A DNA stretch of 64,000 bases, taken from sequence record MK250029.1; one strand, 5' to 3'. The notes beneath the pieces were generated by a model that had not been told where the DNA came from, did no database searches, and saw nothing but the letters and a program-made list of their open reading frames with translations. Positions within the stretch are counted from its first letter, which is position 1. Each line of letters opens with the position of its first letter. The position numbers were made by a program, and so were the translations under genes. Below, piece by piece: positions 30,701-45,724 of this stretch.

Positions 30701-32810
30701 CATCATCTGTTGAATCGTCATCTGTTGTTTCATCATCATCTATATCATCAGAATTATCTTCACCTGTTACATCATCTGCTTGTTTCTGCCATTCCTTATA
30801 TTCTGCCTTAATATCATCAAGTTTCTCTTCTGCATCTGCAATAGCTTTTTCAAGTTTCTCCTTATTTTCATCAGATGCTGATTCAAGAGCTTTATTAAGT
30901 TTTTCAATCATATCCTCATACTTCTCAATAGAATCTTCATATTGGTTCTTTGTCTCATTAAGTTTAAGAATAATCTTATCTTGAGATGGAAGTAAATCAC
31001 TGAATAATGATGATACATTAATACCCATATGTTCATTTAACTTATTCTTACAGAAAATAGGATTTACGTTTCTGTAGAATGTATGCTGACCAATCGCATC
31101 ATTATGTGTTGCAATGAATATATTCTGATCAAGTTTAAACAAGTCTGCATTAATATTATTATTCTCATTAAGAGTTACATGCTTAGCCCAATCAATCTTT
31201 GCAATATTATTGAAATTCTCCAATAAACAAGAACACATAATATAGAAATTTGTATCATAATCATCATACTTCATACACATTTCACGAAGATTACGAAGTG
31301 TTTCTTTTGATTCTTTATGTCCATAAATATCAACATAACCTTCAAAAATTGTTGCATACTTATCATTACTGTGAAGTATAATATGATCTTCATTTATTTC
31401 AACATGTGGATCATTTACAAGACGACAAAGTTCAACAAATCTCTCATCAAGTTGATCAACAAGTTTATCTTCTAATACAGCAATATTATTTCCTTTCTTT
31501 ACATAGAACTGACCGTTAACATTGAAAATTGCTTCATTTTCCTTAACATACTGAACAGGAGTATAGATATTAGAAACTGATGCATTTTCTCTAATAATAT
31601 TAATCTGATCTTTAATATTTAATGCTTTCTCAGTAAGTTCATTTGCTCTGCGAGAATTATCTGAATAGATAACATTAAACATTTCATTGATATAAGGATC
31701 AGAAGCATATGGCATCAACGCATTACGTAATTGAACTCTGTTAATAGCATTAGGTTCTTTTACATAACGAGCAACATCTTCTTGAATAAGGTCTACATAA
31801 ATGAATGAAGAATGATCATCCTTCATTTCCTCTAAAATCTTAGTAAGTGTAATTTCTTCACGTTTTGAATCTACCTTTTCGGTAATAGACTTCATTGCCT
31901 TACTAACAGGAAGCAAATAATTAAATTTAGATACGTTCTGAAGGAATGTTTCATAAAGTCTTTCTTCATATGCGCCCTGATTAATAGCATTAGAATAAAG
32001 ATTAATAACTTCCATAAGGCGCTGATTAGATGAAGCGTCTGAATGACGAATGTTATTAATATGTTCGGAAAGATTAATTCCTTGATTATTTGCAATAGCA
32101 TTTAAACAGAAATCATCTTTTTCTGTTAAACGTGCTTTTTCATCTTCATCAAGTTTCTCATCAATATAACGCTGAACCTTTGAGAAAATCTGATCCATTG
32201 TTTTCTTATCGCGTTGCTCCTGAAGTTTCTTTTCAAAATTCTTTACTTCAGACTCATTAACATAATCTGCATGGATAAAATTAGCAGACATAGAAGATTC
32301 TTCAGTAAGAAGAATATTTAATTTAGTTGCAACTGGATCACCATCTTCTACGAGTGGAGACAATGCTTCAACAAGATTATCCTTTGTTTCTTGACATTTA
32401 TTTGCAACATATTGATTATACAAATATTTGATATTATCTTTTGTTAAAGGATTCTCAATCTGTTCAATAAGTTGATAACCGACAAGATTTGCCCCATCAG
32501 TTGCCAATGTATTATTCATCTGTTCAATTACAGTCTTAATAGATTTATTACCTTTTGCGTATTTAGCAAGTCCTTGTCCAAACTGCTCAAAAAGCATAAA
32601 ATCCTGAGCACCATTTGCAAGTGCATTATTATAGTTAACCAAATAGCTCATTAATTCGGGGTTCTTATGTCCCTCTTCAATAAGTCCATTTACATATCTA
32701 TGAATATTGAACTTAGTGGTACCATCGAAGTTTTCTGTATCTCGATTAAAACTTTCTTGAATAATATTACGAACGCCTTCTAAAAGCTCGTTTTTATTTA
32801 ATTTTCCCAT
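27753..32810 (-). CDS. giant acidic protein, putative head/prohead-core component (1685 aa, code 15)
   Basis: Track ORFs 29148, 28506 and 27753 are one frame joined through two TAG. Helical N-terminal half, Asp-rich low-complexity centre, several (L/I)xE motifs. Confidence 0.8.
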
Positions 32811-32858
32811 TAAAGTTTAAATATGTATTTTTATTTTTATTATTTATTATCGAAAAAA

Positions 32859-32886
32859 TTAAGCATATTTTCAAAAATATGCTTAA
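32859..32886 (-). terminator. hairpin overlapping the stop of the gp15-like gene
   Basis: ttaagcatattt / aaatatgcttaa 12-bp stem. Confidence 0.55.
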
Positions 32887-34253
32887 ACTATTAGTATTGA
32901 ATCACTTACACATTTATTTTCAGTATTATAGTGATCTCTTAAAATTAATTTTACGGTTTTTGTATTAACCTTTCTTGGATAAACGAAACATTCAAATTCT
33001 ATAGGATTATTTTCATCTATCATGAAATTTTTAAGATTTAATTTAGCAGGAACTTCCTTTAACTATCCTTTATTATCTTCATATGATATTATACAGTCAA
33101 CTTGTGGTTTTGCTGTTATAAAATATCCTTTATTTAATACATAAACAGTAGATTCATCAACAATACGTGTTTCTGGATCCGGATACATATAAATTTCAGG
33201 ATTTGTATAAACTGTACATTCATCTGTATTAGGTACTAAAATATCAATACGAGATGGATTCTCAATAAAATCTAGAGGTATTCTCCAATGATAGAAATTA
33301 TGATTATCGACTGAATCTAAAAGAAACTGTTCACCTTTATCATCTTCATATAAAATATCAACTTGAAGAAGATCTCTATCTTGATATGAATATTTCCATT
33401 CAACAAGAAGATCTTGCCCAGAAACTAGAATCATATCTTCAAAATCTGTTACCCAACGTAATGGACCTGTTATTTTTTCTGGATGTTGTCTATTTACCCA
33501 TATAGCATAACCCATATTATTAATGGTATTATCTACAGGTCTTTCATTATATCTGTCAAATATAGGTTGATATGTTTCGCACTATATTGTAAATGGAACC
33601 TTTATCATCGTATCAGTTGGTAACTGTCCGAATGTATAAGTGCCTCCAGCAGTAGGTTGATATGCAGATTCTGGAAATCCTACACGTACAGGTACAACAG
33701 TTCCTTTATAGTTTATATGAAATGTTAAATTTTTATAAAAGAATTCTCGATATGCCTGATTTATTTTCATTGCTTCATTCATTGTTGAACAACGAATTTC
33801 TACATTAAAACTATATGTTAATGGCATAGAATATAGATATGAAACATATGATTTAAGCTTACCATTTTCTCTGCGCGTATATTTTCCCATTACAAATCTG
33901 TTTGTAATGTTTCCTGATTCTATCTATACACTTGACATTGATAAACGTCCCTAAGGATAAAAATCAAAATTACCGTCTATTTTTTGTAAACCTATATCAG
34001 TACATTCATCACTTGTAAAATTTGTATAATTATCTTGAATAAACTTTTCTGAATTTTGATTTGAACCACCAAAATCATAAAAGAATGGAACACAAACATT
34101 TTCTATTCCTTCTTCTGTATCATCCCATCTCTATTCGTAAAATAATCTTCTATTAAATACTTTTAATAAACCTACAAGAATAGCTCTATCAAAAACATCT
34201 GTTGTATTTCTAATTTCGAAAAGCTATTTAGGTGTTAATTGAGTTTTTGACAT
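32883..34253 (-). CDS. T4 gp15-like tail terminator / tail completion protein with C-terminal extension (456 aa, code 15)
   Basis: One frame from ATG 34253 through TAGs joining track ORFs 33582 and 33063. VPFFY...KF, RLSMSSVQIESGNITNRF, MPLTYSFNVEIR resemble the gp15 pattern. Confidence 0.6.
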
Positions 34254-34289
34254 AATAAACTAAAATATAGTTTCAATATTTATTAAATA

Positions 34290-34329
34290 AAAAATGTGAC
34301 TTATATATCGGAATATAAGTCACATTTTT
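34290..34329 (-). terminator. terminator hairpin
   Basis: aaaaatgtgacttatat / atataagtcacattttt 17-bp stem. Confidence 0.75.
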
Positions 34330-34332
34330 ATA

Positions 34333-35541
34333 TTATCTTAATTCTTTATCTAATAAGCATAAACCTGATTTATAAAATTTCCATATATTTATGGTATATA
34401 TATGTTTACCTGTTTCTTTATCATCAAATTCAAACATATATCTTACTTTCATATAATTACCATGTTCATCTTTTCCTTGTTCACCTTTATCTTTAGATCC
34501 ATAGTATATAGATGTCATATAACCATAGGTTGGGACATTATAACCTTTATTTTGCAGATAAAGAATTGTTTCTTTATTTATAATAGTTTCAATTTTAATC
34601 GAATCTTTAAATATATATTGTTCAAAATTATTATCTATTACAAATTGTTTAAATAAATCTTCACCATATTCAAATCCTTTATATTTAGATGGTTGTAATA
34701 TAGATGGTTGTGAATTCATTCTATATTTCTTAAATCCTAATTTTTTAAGGAAATTCAAGAAATCATCAAATGATTTTAAAGTATCAAATACATTTGGATA
34801 TTCAAATGTTATATATGATGTTTTCCATGCTTTTGATATAGATATAGGTTTTTGTGTTGATGTTTCTTGTATGACATCTGAATTTATATTATCAAAATAA
34901 TTATCAGATTCTGATAAAACAAATGTATTTGCATATGAATTTATATTATCAGATGTAATTGGATAATCCTTTGTTGAACTCATAATAATATCTTTCATTT
35001 TTGATGGTATTCCATCTTCAAAATCAATAAATACTTTTTCAACAGTATAATTATTTTTTATATATACATTCATTAAAAAATATGTATTAATATATACAAA
35101 ACGTTTTTTTGTACCATATGTAACATATTCGCAGTCATTATCATCATTTGCATATATTATAATTCTATGAATAATATTATCAGTTACATATATTGAACAT
35201 ATTTTATGATTTCCAATATATATTTCTACACAATCATATGAATCATTTATATTATAACCTGCAAATTTACATCTAATTTCATAATAATCTAATCTCTTAT
35301 ATGAAACTAATTGTGTAATAGATGATATATATAATTCTCCTATTTTATACAAATTTTCTGCTTTATCTAAATCTGAATAACCTGATGGATATTCAGTTTT
35401 ATTCCATGACTTATTTTTTAATGTATTTAATTCATCATCGATAACCTTCTATGTAAACACAGACTATGTTGCATCATTATCCACAATATCATCAATATCA
35501 TCAAATAAACTCTCTATTAAACGCTTTATTAATTTATTCAT
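34333..35541 (-). CDS. hypothetical protein with MNKLIKRLIESLFDD leader (402 aa, code 15)
   Basis: ATG 35541 overlaps the upstream TGA. TAG at codons 26 and 31 only. Confidence 0.8.
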
Positions 35542-38500
35542 AATTTTATTATTCTTGATATACTCAATTTTGTTTCTTTTGAATCTGGTGCAGTATATTT
35601 ATAATTATAATTAATATATAGCTCTGACAAACCATAATACGTTATTGAACTATCTATTCCTGGAAGTTTTTGATTTATATTATTTAAATTTATAGATGGA
35701 TATAACTATGTATTATTAGACCTATTTGTTGCATTATATATATTGTTACTTATCTTATTATAGTATTTAGAATCCAATTGTTTTGACTTGCGATCTTTTT
35801 CTGTTGGTGGATCTATATACATCATAATACGATTTATATTTGAATTTACATATGTAAAACCAAAATTTTCTATATTACTAGTTTCATTTTTTCTATAAAG
35901 ACCTTCTAATCTAATACTTATTTCATTATCTATATTATTTACTACATTATTTATTAATATTAAACTATATGATGTTATTGAAGAATATTTATGATCTACA
36001 TATGAATTTTCTTTTAATGACACATGTATTTTAATATGTGTAGAATAATATGTAACAGAATCAGCACCAACACCATTAGTAATAGAATTTATTGTTAATA
36101 TTGCCGTTTTATTTTTTGTATTATATGATAATTGTCCAACTTTTGCATAGTTATTTTTAAAATCTTTTGCATAGCCAGCTAATGCTTTTGCTTTTACTAT
36201 AGTAGTTTTCATTATAGATGAATGATTTTCATTTGTTAATGTTCCATTTATTTTATATATATTACATATTGCAGGATTAAATGGTATTTTATTAAAATCT
36301 ATATGATTTAAATAATCCATTCCAAATGTTATATTATCACCTTTAAATGTTTCAAAATAAATATTTACTTTACCATCCCAAATACTACCACCAAACCATG
36401 TCATCCATATATCAAAATTTAAATTAATATCTTTTTTATTTAACTAAAAATCTAATAAAATTTTTCTAAAGTTTACAGCTACACTTTCATAACCACAATC
36501 TTGAGTATTATCACCACTAAAATTTATATATGATAAACATGGATAAGACACTTTATTTAAATAAACACTGCTATAAGTATCAGGAATTGGTTGTGAGAAA
36601 CCCATTGATAATGTACATAAATCTACTTTCTCTGTATCATCATTATATGATTTATTAACTAATAATGTTCCATTATCAGACCGTGTTAATAATGTCACTG
36701 TATCTAAATCATGACCGCCTTCCCACTAATATTTCAATCCGAATATATCAAATGCAGGGAAAAAAGTAGCATCACCATTTTGAACTATATCTATATCTAA
36801 AGATTTTTCAATATCTCCGTTTTTATAAGTAATAGACCAATTTCGTTTGAATATTTTATCTATATTATTATCTTCCACTCTTGCAGGAACACTAAATACA
36901 TATTCAACCTAATAATCTGTTACTGTAGGTCCTGAAACTTTTGTTGGTGTATAACTCTTAAATCCATCGACTGAAGAGTCATTTAATTCTAAATCTGTTG
37001 TAACGTGATTTTCTTTTATATTTGGATCTGTTCCTACATAACCATAATAAATTATTTTACACTAACCTCCTAATTTAGGTATAGGGTCTGGTTCATTTTT
37101 TAATATTAATTTTATATCACCTGGTTTTTGTGTAAAACTTATAGACTTTGATATATCTTGATACGTTACAGTAAATTTATATTTAATAGTATTTGGAGTC
37201 TTATTTAATTTAAATTTATATTTTCTACTTAATACGTTATTTTCTGTATCTGGAGTTACTTCTCCTTTGTCCATAAGACCCAAACCATCTCCAACTGTCT
37301 CATTTTTAAATTCTACATTTTTAGTTACATTTTTACCATTTATGCGCCCAAAATATATTATTGTTTTAATTTCACCTACAGGATTAACACTATTTTGTTT
37401 TGACTAATCAGTTTCACTATCATATATAAATACCTCAAATGTTGCACAATTCTATGTTATACTTACTTCTGCAGGATATTTTATCTCATCAGTTAACGTA
37501 TAACTACAATTAAATTTATATGTTATACTATCTTCTGTTTTATTCTCTGGAACATTATATTTTTTGCTATATACACCATTTGTAAATTCTCCCACATATT
37601 CATCTTTATTTAAAATATTTCCCTCTTCCTGCTCAATACTAAATTTATGTTCATCTACATCTGTGTAAACATTTCCACTATTATCTTTTTCTATATAACA
37701 TGTGATAGTAATAGTTCCAGGATTTAATGCTGTTAATGTATTTTCAGGTTTAATATTTGCAACTAATTTATATGTTGATTTGGACTATGTACATGTTAAT
37801 TCTTTTTTATGTTTTTCATCATCACCACCAAATTGAATACTAAATTTATATGTCTTCTTTTCTGTTGTAAGATTTGCATCAATAGTATAATCAAATGAAT
37901 ATTTTTTTGATTCACTATCGTATATAACATTAAAATTATGTTTATTATTATTTAAACTATATGTAAAATTTCCTATTGCTTTTTCACCTAAATCTATTAT
38001 TTCACCATTATTGTATTGTAGATAAAATGTAATTTTTACTGTGTCACCATTATTGCTTATTTCAGTATTATCTATATCTGCATTTAATTCGCAGTTGTTA
38101 TCTCTACCGAATGATGTTCTTATTACTGTTAAATCATTTGTCTTTGTGTTATCTTTATCAATACCATTATAACGATAATAAAATTTATATGTTTTATTAT
38201 CAGGTTCAATATAAAGATCATCTAAATTATATTCTGATTTATATGTATTTAAACCTGAATCTAATATACCATCATTAATCTAAAATGTACTACTGTCAGA
38301 AGTAAACTTAAAATAACTTGAATATGTTGGTTGTAATTCATCATTTAATAAAACTCTAACATGTAAATTCTAGTTTGACTATGGATATGCACTATATGTT
38401 ATAATTGCACTACTATTTGTACCATTATTCTTTATTGGTCCAGAATTACTACTATCAAAAAATGCAACTAAATCAAGTGAAGCGCCATCCTAATATATTT

Positions 38501-41500
38501 CAATTCTATTATTAGCATTATTCTAATCATTAGTAAATGCATTCTAATTATAATGATAATCTGTTCCATTTATATTATCACTAATAAATTCATATTTTAT
38601 AGATTTATATATATCTAATTTTGATAATCCATCATTTTTATTTACAGTAAATTGAATTTTTAAATAGTCAGAACTATCATACGATTCTTTTTCTGCTTTT
38701 GAAAACGCTTCTTTATCTACAGTTATATTACTCGTATCTACAAAACTAATAAAATGTGTTTTATCTAAATCTATATATGTTTTATAATCATCATCGTAAA
38801 TATAATTAGCATTATTTTGTAAATAAATTTTAAATACAACTCTATAATATAATGTTACTTGACATCCTTTTGATGATATTCTTTTATCATCAGTACCTAT
38901 TTTCAATATACTTTTATTATCATTGGATGAAGCATCATTGTTAGATCTATATTGAATATTTGTTTCATTTAACGGATTAGGATTAATATTATCTGTGCAT
39001 GTTCTAATCTCAGGTTTATAAATATTTAATTGCTTGTAAATAGATAACTTTGTATTTATATTACTATAACCCTATTCATACTTAAATTGATATGAAACCT
39101 CAGCAGGACATATATATCTTGGTATTGTAATTTTACCTCTATATGTATAATCTTCTTTATTATATGTTGGATTTTTATCTACATATGCCTATACAGCAAC
39201 CCAATCATCAGAAATAATTGAAAAACTGGGTTTCTAAAATTTTGATATATCTACTTTCTTAAGTGAACCGTCTGTTTCAATTTCACATACATAGCATTTA
39301 TAATAAAGTATATTATTAATAAAAGGAGATATATTCAATTCTGATGAGTCATATACTAATGAAGTTGAATAACTACGTTCTTTATATAACTCTACATATA
39401 TCTATAAATATAATTGTTTAATATCATAATAAGAGTCTGAATCTTTATATTTTACTTTAATACGAAATACAATATCTTTCGTAGTAGTTATATGTTCACC
39501 ACTCATAACCTATGGTTCTACTCGTATAATAGACTAAGATTTATTAACTAATTTTCTATTACTTTGTATCACTTTTATATAATTAGGTTGACTATCATTG
39601 TTTGTATATGTAAATTTTACATCATCAACTGCAGTTTCTAAATGTTTATTTAAAAAACCATCTTTAATAATACCTACACTTATTACTTCAAATTTATCTT
39701 CTCCTAATGCAGAAATATAATTTGAATTTGGTCTAATTTCACATGCATATACTACTGATTTCTATATTACATCATGAGAAACAACTTTTGTATTATATTC
39801 TACAGTAAATGTTAAACGTCTATCTTCTTTTTTATCATATATGTCTTTACATCTTATATTACTTGCAACTACATAATTAATATTTCCATATGTTATAATT
39901 TCATATTGTATATCTAATAAATTAACATCATCATTATCGCATGTAATTGTATATAAATTTACATCTTCTATCGTAATTCCTTTTTCGTTATCAAACGCTC
40001 TAAATGCTAAAATTATATTATTATATTCAGGTATACCTCCAATTTTTTTTGTACATTTATCTTGATTAAGTGCCAATTTAATTGAAAGTACACCCTATGT
40101 TAATGTACATGAAGCAGATGAAATATTAAGATTATTATTCATATTAAACTCTATAACCTTTGTAATATAAGTACTTTCATTTCTATCAAAATTAATATCT
40201 AATATATATTCATCCCCATTTAATGTAACATTATTATATAATACATTACCAACTATTGCATCTATTGCATATGTTGTTGTAATATTATTTTTTGTATTAG
40301 TAACACTTGTAATCTTTACAGAAGAATTTTCATCAATTTTTATTATACCATAATAATGTAACCTTATTGTTTCACCAAATGCAGAAACATTATATGTTCC
40401 ATTAGTAGAAGAAGAATCCACTTTATTTCTATCTAAATATTCTACATAATACTATAATGATATTTTCGCATTAGCTTGAATTATATGGATTGGTTTACTT
40501 TCTATTTTTTTAGAACCATTATATACAGCTTTAACATTTAACTGCCTTTCTTCACTTGTATAATTTTCATAAACATTTATAGTAGTTTTAAATGTCTTTG
40601 ATTTAGTATCATATATAGTTTTAATTATACTATATTTTAATTCATTTTGATTCTCTTCATATGAAAATTCTAAATATAAATTATCTTTAACTTCTATAGG
40701 TTCTTTATTAATACCATTTTTATATGTACACTTATATTCTAATATTCTATTATCTCCTTTAAAAACTACTGAATTTAGTTTATCAATATCTAAAGTAATA
40801 GTATATGTATTAAGTCTCTATTCTATTGATTTTAAACACTTAACTTCATTATATTGAGTTTTAAATATAGCTTCAAATTTTAATGACTTATTATCTATAT
40901 CAATATTCTCATCTATTAAATATACTAAGTCTACTATTACTTTGTTATCAGAAGAATTAATTTTATTAATTCTTAATGACTTTATTTTATCTTTATCTAA
41001 TAAATTATTATTTAATTTTAATGTTATATTAGACTAATATATATCATTTAATTTTGCCCAATAATTTATATGGATTTTCTATTCATCACCAGATATTATA
41101 CCACCATTTTCTGAAAGTCCGTTCTCTTTCTATTTTTTTGTAGGAATAAATACCAAATTAACTTTAATATCTTCTTTAGGTATCTATGAAACTTTTGCAT
41201 ATATATGATTTATAGGTGTTAAACTCTATACATTATTACGTACGGCAAATTCCATTACATCTTTACGTAATTTTCCTGTTAAATTATCACTAGTAGATGT
41301 AATGACTAATTTATTGTAATATTTTAATTCATCTTTTGTCTCATTTTCGTTTTCACCTTCTTTTATAAATTCATAACCAGTAATCCAATCAGGTTTATAT
41401 ATACAATCAATATCTGATGTAATAGGTATAATTTTTGATATTTTTGATTCTTCTATTTTTTCAAATTTTTCTAATACAGCATAATACGATGTATCAGTTA

Positions 41501-41576
41501 TTTTTTGAGATGCTGGTAATAACGGTAATGTAATAGTATCTGATAAAATTTTATGAAATTTATTATTGCTCATCAT
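35538..41576 (-). CDS. giant tandem Ig-like (BACON-like) beta-sandwich protein, putative fibre/adhesin (about 2012 aa, code 15)
   Basis: One frame from ATG 41576 to TGA 35538 with about 29 TAG, joining seven track fragments. Repeats end in x-x-(T/I/V)-Q (SFTQ, TCTQ, SITQ, DIVQ). C-terminal WEGGHDLDT...SGDN...ES domain. Confidence 0.75.
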
Positions 41577-41600
41577 TTATATGCAAATTAGTTTTATAAA

Positions 41601-43316
41601 TTAAATAAATCCATGGAATATAAAATCACCATAAATTGATCTAGTTGTTGGTCCCCATGTTGTCAATATAGCGACAACAAACCAAATATTTGTTAATTTT
41701 AATCGTTCATATGTAGGTAAGAAATCACCTCCAATGACAATAGTCCATTCTAATAATCTTACTAACTTTTCTATAGCAGGTGAATTTTGATCACTCAATG
41801 CTAACCGTATATCAAATAAATCAGGATCCATTAAATATTCTGGTGTTGTAATAGGAGGAAATGACTTTCTAACTATTTCATTTATTTTCTTAAAATCTAC
41901 ATTCTATAAAGCAGACTTTGCACCAATATCAAGTTTAAATTGACACTTACTCATATCAAATGCTATATTCATAACACCCATTCCCCAAAATGGTTTTCCT
42001 AACTATCCAGCTTTATATACAGTTGGATCAGTTTTATAAAAAGGACAAATTGCCATATTAGACTTTAATGTAAAGAAAAAGCCATATTCCTATGGACCTA
42101 TATAGAATGGACCACTTGCATTTATAATTGCATTATAGGCAACTGCTAATGCTTTTTCTAAAGCTTCCTTTGCTAATTGTACTGCTCTGATAATCTGATT
42201 AATAACTGCAAATAACGGTGCTAATTTCTCATCTACTGTACCGAATTTAATACGCCTTAGTAATTTTATAATTAACTCATTTTTCTTTATTAGAAGTAAA
42301 TTAATTATCTTTTTTATCTCTATAAATACAAGGTTTACTTTAGCAGTTACATAATCTCTATATTCTTTTGGCATAGTTGCTGTACCTGCTAAAATATCAG
42401 GTACTTTCTATACTACATTTAATACGAGATTGAAATAATCTAAAATATTTTTAATACGATCTATTATTTCTGGTGTCTCTGTTCTATATTCGCCTTTTAA
42501 TGTTTCTGAAATTTTTATAAGTAAATCTTTTGCAGCACATGTAAGTGAACAATAACCGTTTCCTGGCATAAAATCAATATGTTTACCACAAACAGGGCAT
42601 GTTCCACCTTTTGTAAGATAATGTCCAAACTGATCGACTGCAGAAGCTAATCCTATTGCAGCATCTAATGTATTTTTACTTGTTCTTGTTCCATCTTCAT
42701 CTTCTGTTACAGTATTTGTAACATTCTTAACTATATCTTCATCTTCTGCATTTTGTACAGAAGAAGCTGCTAATGTTGTTACATCCTATAATGCAACTGT
42801 ATCTTTTATCTGTTGATTAACATCTGTTTCTTTTCCTTGATGATATTCATTATCCTATACAGAAACACCATACATATCTTCTTCTATGATATTAGACTCA
42901 TCAAATAATGATGCTCCTGTATATTCCTCTAGATCTTCTTCTGATTGTTCAGTATGTCCAGTTGTATTTACAAATTCTTCATTATTATCTTCTTGTTCTT
43001 CTAACTATTTCTGTGTAAAAGAATTAATATATTCTGTTGTTTCTGCCCCAGATTTATTTTTTAATCTTTCACCAGTTGTTAAATTTTTAATACTATATAC
43101 CCGTTCAACATCAATCAGATTATTAGTTACATTTTCATCTTTATCTATTTCATAATAAACATCCCATGTTACTCGTATTTTATTTCTTGGATCTCCTACA
43201 TAATATGTTTTATATCTTAATGAACTAGTATAATATTTTTTATTCTCATCATACTAAAAATCATCGTCATCATAGTTATAATATATAACACCAGTTTTAG
43301 ATGTAATTGTTTCCAT
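41601..43316 (-). CDS. hypothetical protein with CPVCG...YCSLTC zinc finger and helical C-terminal half (571 aa, code 15)
   Basis: ATG 43316 through TAGs joining track ORFs 42090 and 41601. Confidence 0.75.
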
Positions 43317-43318
43317 TA

Positions 43319-44026
43319 TCAAATAATTAAGTTTTCAATATTTCCTAAATATTCAACTTCATTTAGATTAAATTTTTGTTTTGTATTGTCATTAAATTTT
43401 ACGATACATGTATTAACATTTTCCTATATAGAATATAATGTACCGAATTTATTATTCTTAATAACATATACATCATTTTCATGTAATTGATTTAATTTAA
43501 ATTTCAAATAATTATCATTTGTAAGTGGATATTTTGGTTTCTTATTTTGTTTATTTGCAATCATTTTACCTAATACTTTAGGTGCTCCATCAAATGTTTT
43601 TATATTATTGAAATTTGCATAACAATTACCATGAATAATATATGGGAATGCAGTCCAATCAGATAAATTATTTCCTGTCATATTACAAGAGCCATCTACC
43701 TCATTGAATTTAAATAACTGCATTCCCATACGATTCAATCCTTTATTGGAAAGATATAAATTATCATGGACATCTACTAATATACCATGACCTGTACATT
43801 TAATTTCGTAATTATCTACGTCTAATTCATTTAGCATTCTTTCGACTCTTGGTTTTAATTCATTTTCTTCATACTCTGAAGATATATTTGTTGATACATA
43901 ATCATCATCACCTAATATATCATCAAAATCATCATCAAAATCATCAAACATTGATTCGTTTAACGTAGATATATTTCTTTTATTGTATTTGTTTATTTTT
44001 TTATATTCTGGAACTGAAATAATCAT
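43319..44026 (-). CDS. LRR-like repeat protein with LNESMFDD leader (235 aa, code 15)
   Basis: Reads through TAG 43424 to TGA 43319. Repeats GNNLSDWTAFPYIIHGN / NNIKTFDGAPKVLG resemble those of the 1557 and 2690 genes. Confidence 0.7.
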
Positions 44027-44063
44027 AATTAGTTATTAAATAATAATTTATATTATTTATTTT

Positions 44064-44516
44064 TTAATTATTATCGTCCATAATCAAAGATGGTTTACCT
44101 CTATCATCTTTTTTAATTCCCTAACATTCTATTATTTTATTCTTATAAAAACGTTCATAGAAAAATACTTCCTCACACAAATTATACAGGTCTGTATGTT
44201 TAGGTAATATGCCATTATCTAAAAGTACAATTTTGTTTATTTCCTTAATCTTCTTAAATTTATTCTAAAGGTTAAACAATAAAGTTTCATCCAAATTTTT
44301 ATTTATGTAAATAATTCCTTGATATTTCTTTAATTTAGACGCCTATTGAATTTGATTCAATATTTCAGTATTAATGAAATATACATTCGACTATTTGCTG
44401 AGATCTAGTTTAAAACTACTTACGAACGACTATACATCAAGAATAAAAAAACTTTTAATGTTAGTAAATAACATTCTTAGTTTATTTTCAGATTCAGTTG
44501 TTACGTATATATTCAT
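44064..44516 (-). CDS. hypothetical protein (150 aa, code 15)
   Basis: Missing from the track. ATG 44516 to TAA 44064 through five TAG. Confidence 0.7.
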
Positions 44517-44575
44517 TTATATTAATTACTCGTTAGTTTTTAATTATAGTTACCAATTATTTATTATTGAAATTA

Positions 44576-45715
44576 TCAACCTTCTTGTTTTGTATTATCT
44601 GATAATGTTGATTCATAATAATCAGTTAAACCTTTCGCTAACGCTTCTTTCAATGTATTATTATTCATACGTCTTGAAATACTTGTAACAAAATGTTCTG
44701 ACATTCCTTCTGGATACACATCCTTTATAGTTTTATATACTTCCTTTGGAGGTAATTCAAGTTCAATATCAACACCAATATTATATACTTTCTTCTTACT
44801 CTTATCAATCATATTAGTAATAAGAATATCCTCTTTATAATCTGGATCTTCATATGGTGATATTTTCTTATCTTCCAAAACTTGGTCAATTACTTCATTA
44901 CGTAATCGTTTTGCAAATTGTTCTGTAGATAATGTAACAGTTTCTCCATTAGAAACTATATTAATAGAATCATATTCTGAATTAGACAAAATATCATCAA
45001 GATTAATAGTAATGCTTGCATGACGTACAGTTTCAATTACCGCAGTAGAAATAGGTGATTTAGTTGTATTAACTTGCTTACTATTATATTGAGTAATTTG
45101 AGGATTTGGAACTTTTGCAATTATATCTGCTACAATTTCTGGAGACTCTACTTTAATTTCTGGTTTCTTTACAGTTTTACCTAAAATTAAATTATCAGTT
45201 GATTCAGAAATATTAGTATTCTACTTTAATGATGGATCTAATAATTCAGGATGTAAAGAAAGTAAATAATTTTCTTTTGGTTCGATATTTGTAGTTTTAA
45301 CTGTAACTGGTGGTGTCGCATCGGTTCTCTTACCTGCATTACTTATAGGTCTAGATGAAGATTTACCATCTTCAGATAATGTCAGACTCATATGTTCTCC
45401 ATTAACACCTATACCTGGTTGAGGAACCTCAAACACCTCTCCATTGTCTCCAGTTACTGTTTTTGTTTCATTAAGATTAAACTCTACTGTTTTGAATGAC
45501 CATTTATTTGTAGGACCAGAAAGTTCAGTCATCATATATCTACCATTAAATGCATTCATATTGTTTACTTCAGCAATATATGATTCATCACATTTCGTAT
45601 TATCCTCAAATACATAAAGGGTTAATTCATCATCAGATATATCATCGATATATTTCAATTTTGTAATTTTACCAAGAGTTTCTCCTGGTTGCATATGCTA
45701 ATAAAACTTTGCCAT
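44576..45715 (-). CDS. hypothetical protein (379 aa, code 15)
   Basis: ATG 45715, TAG at codon 6 and at 45221, joins track ORFs 45221 and 44576. Confidence 0.75.
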
Positions 45716-45724
45716 ATTTTATAA

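Noticed and set aside
29170-30811. Overlapping Met/Ile/Gln/His-rich ORFs in alternative frames (also 6707, 22297, 49770-51293, 53297-54089, 55744-56760)
   Set aside because: Shadow frames produced by GAT/GAA-rich or stop-poor coding sequence of the real gene, with no motifs of their own
35538-36800. Diversity-generating retroelement targeting the fibre C-terminus
   Set aside because: No reverse transcriptase and no adenine-mismatched template/variable repeat pair found in the window
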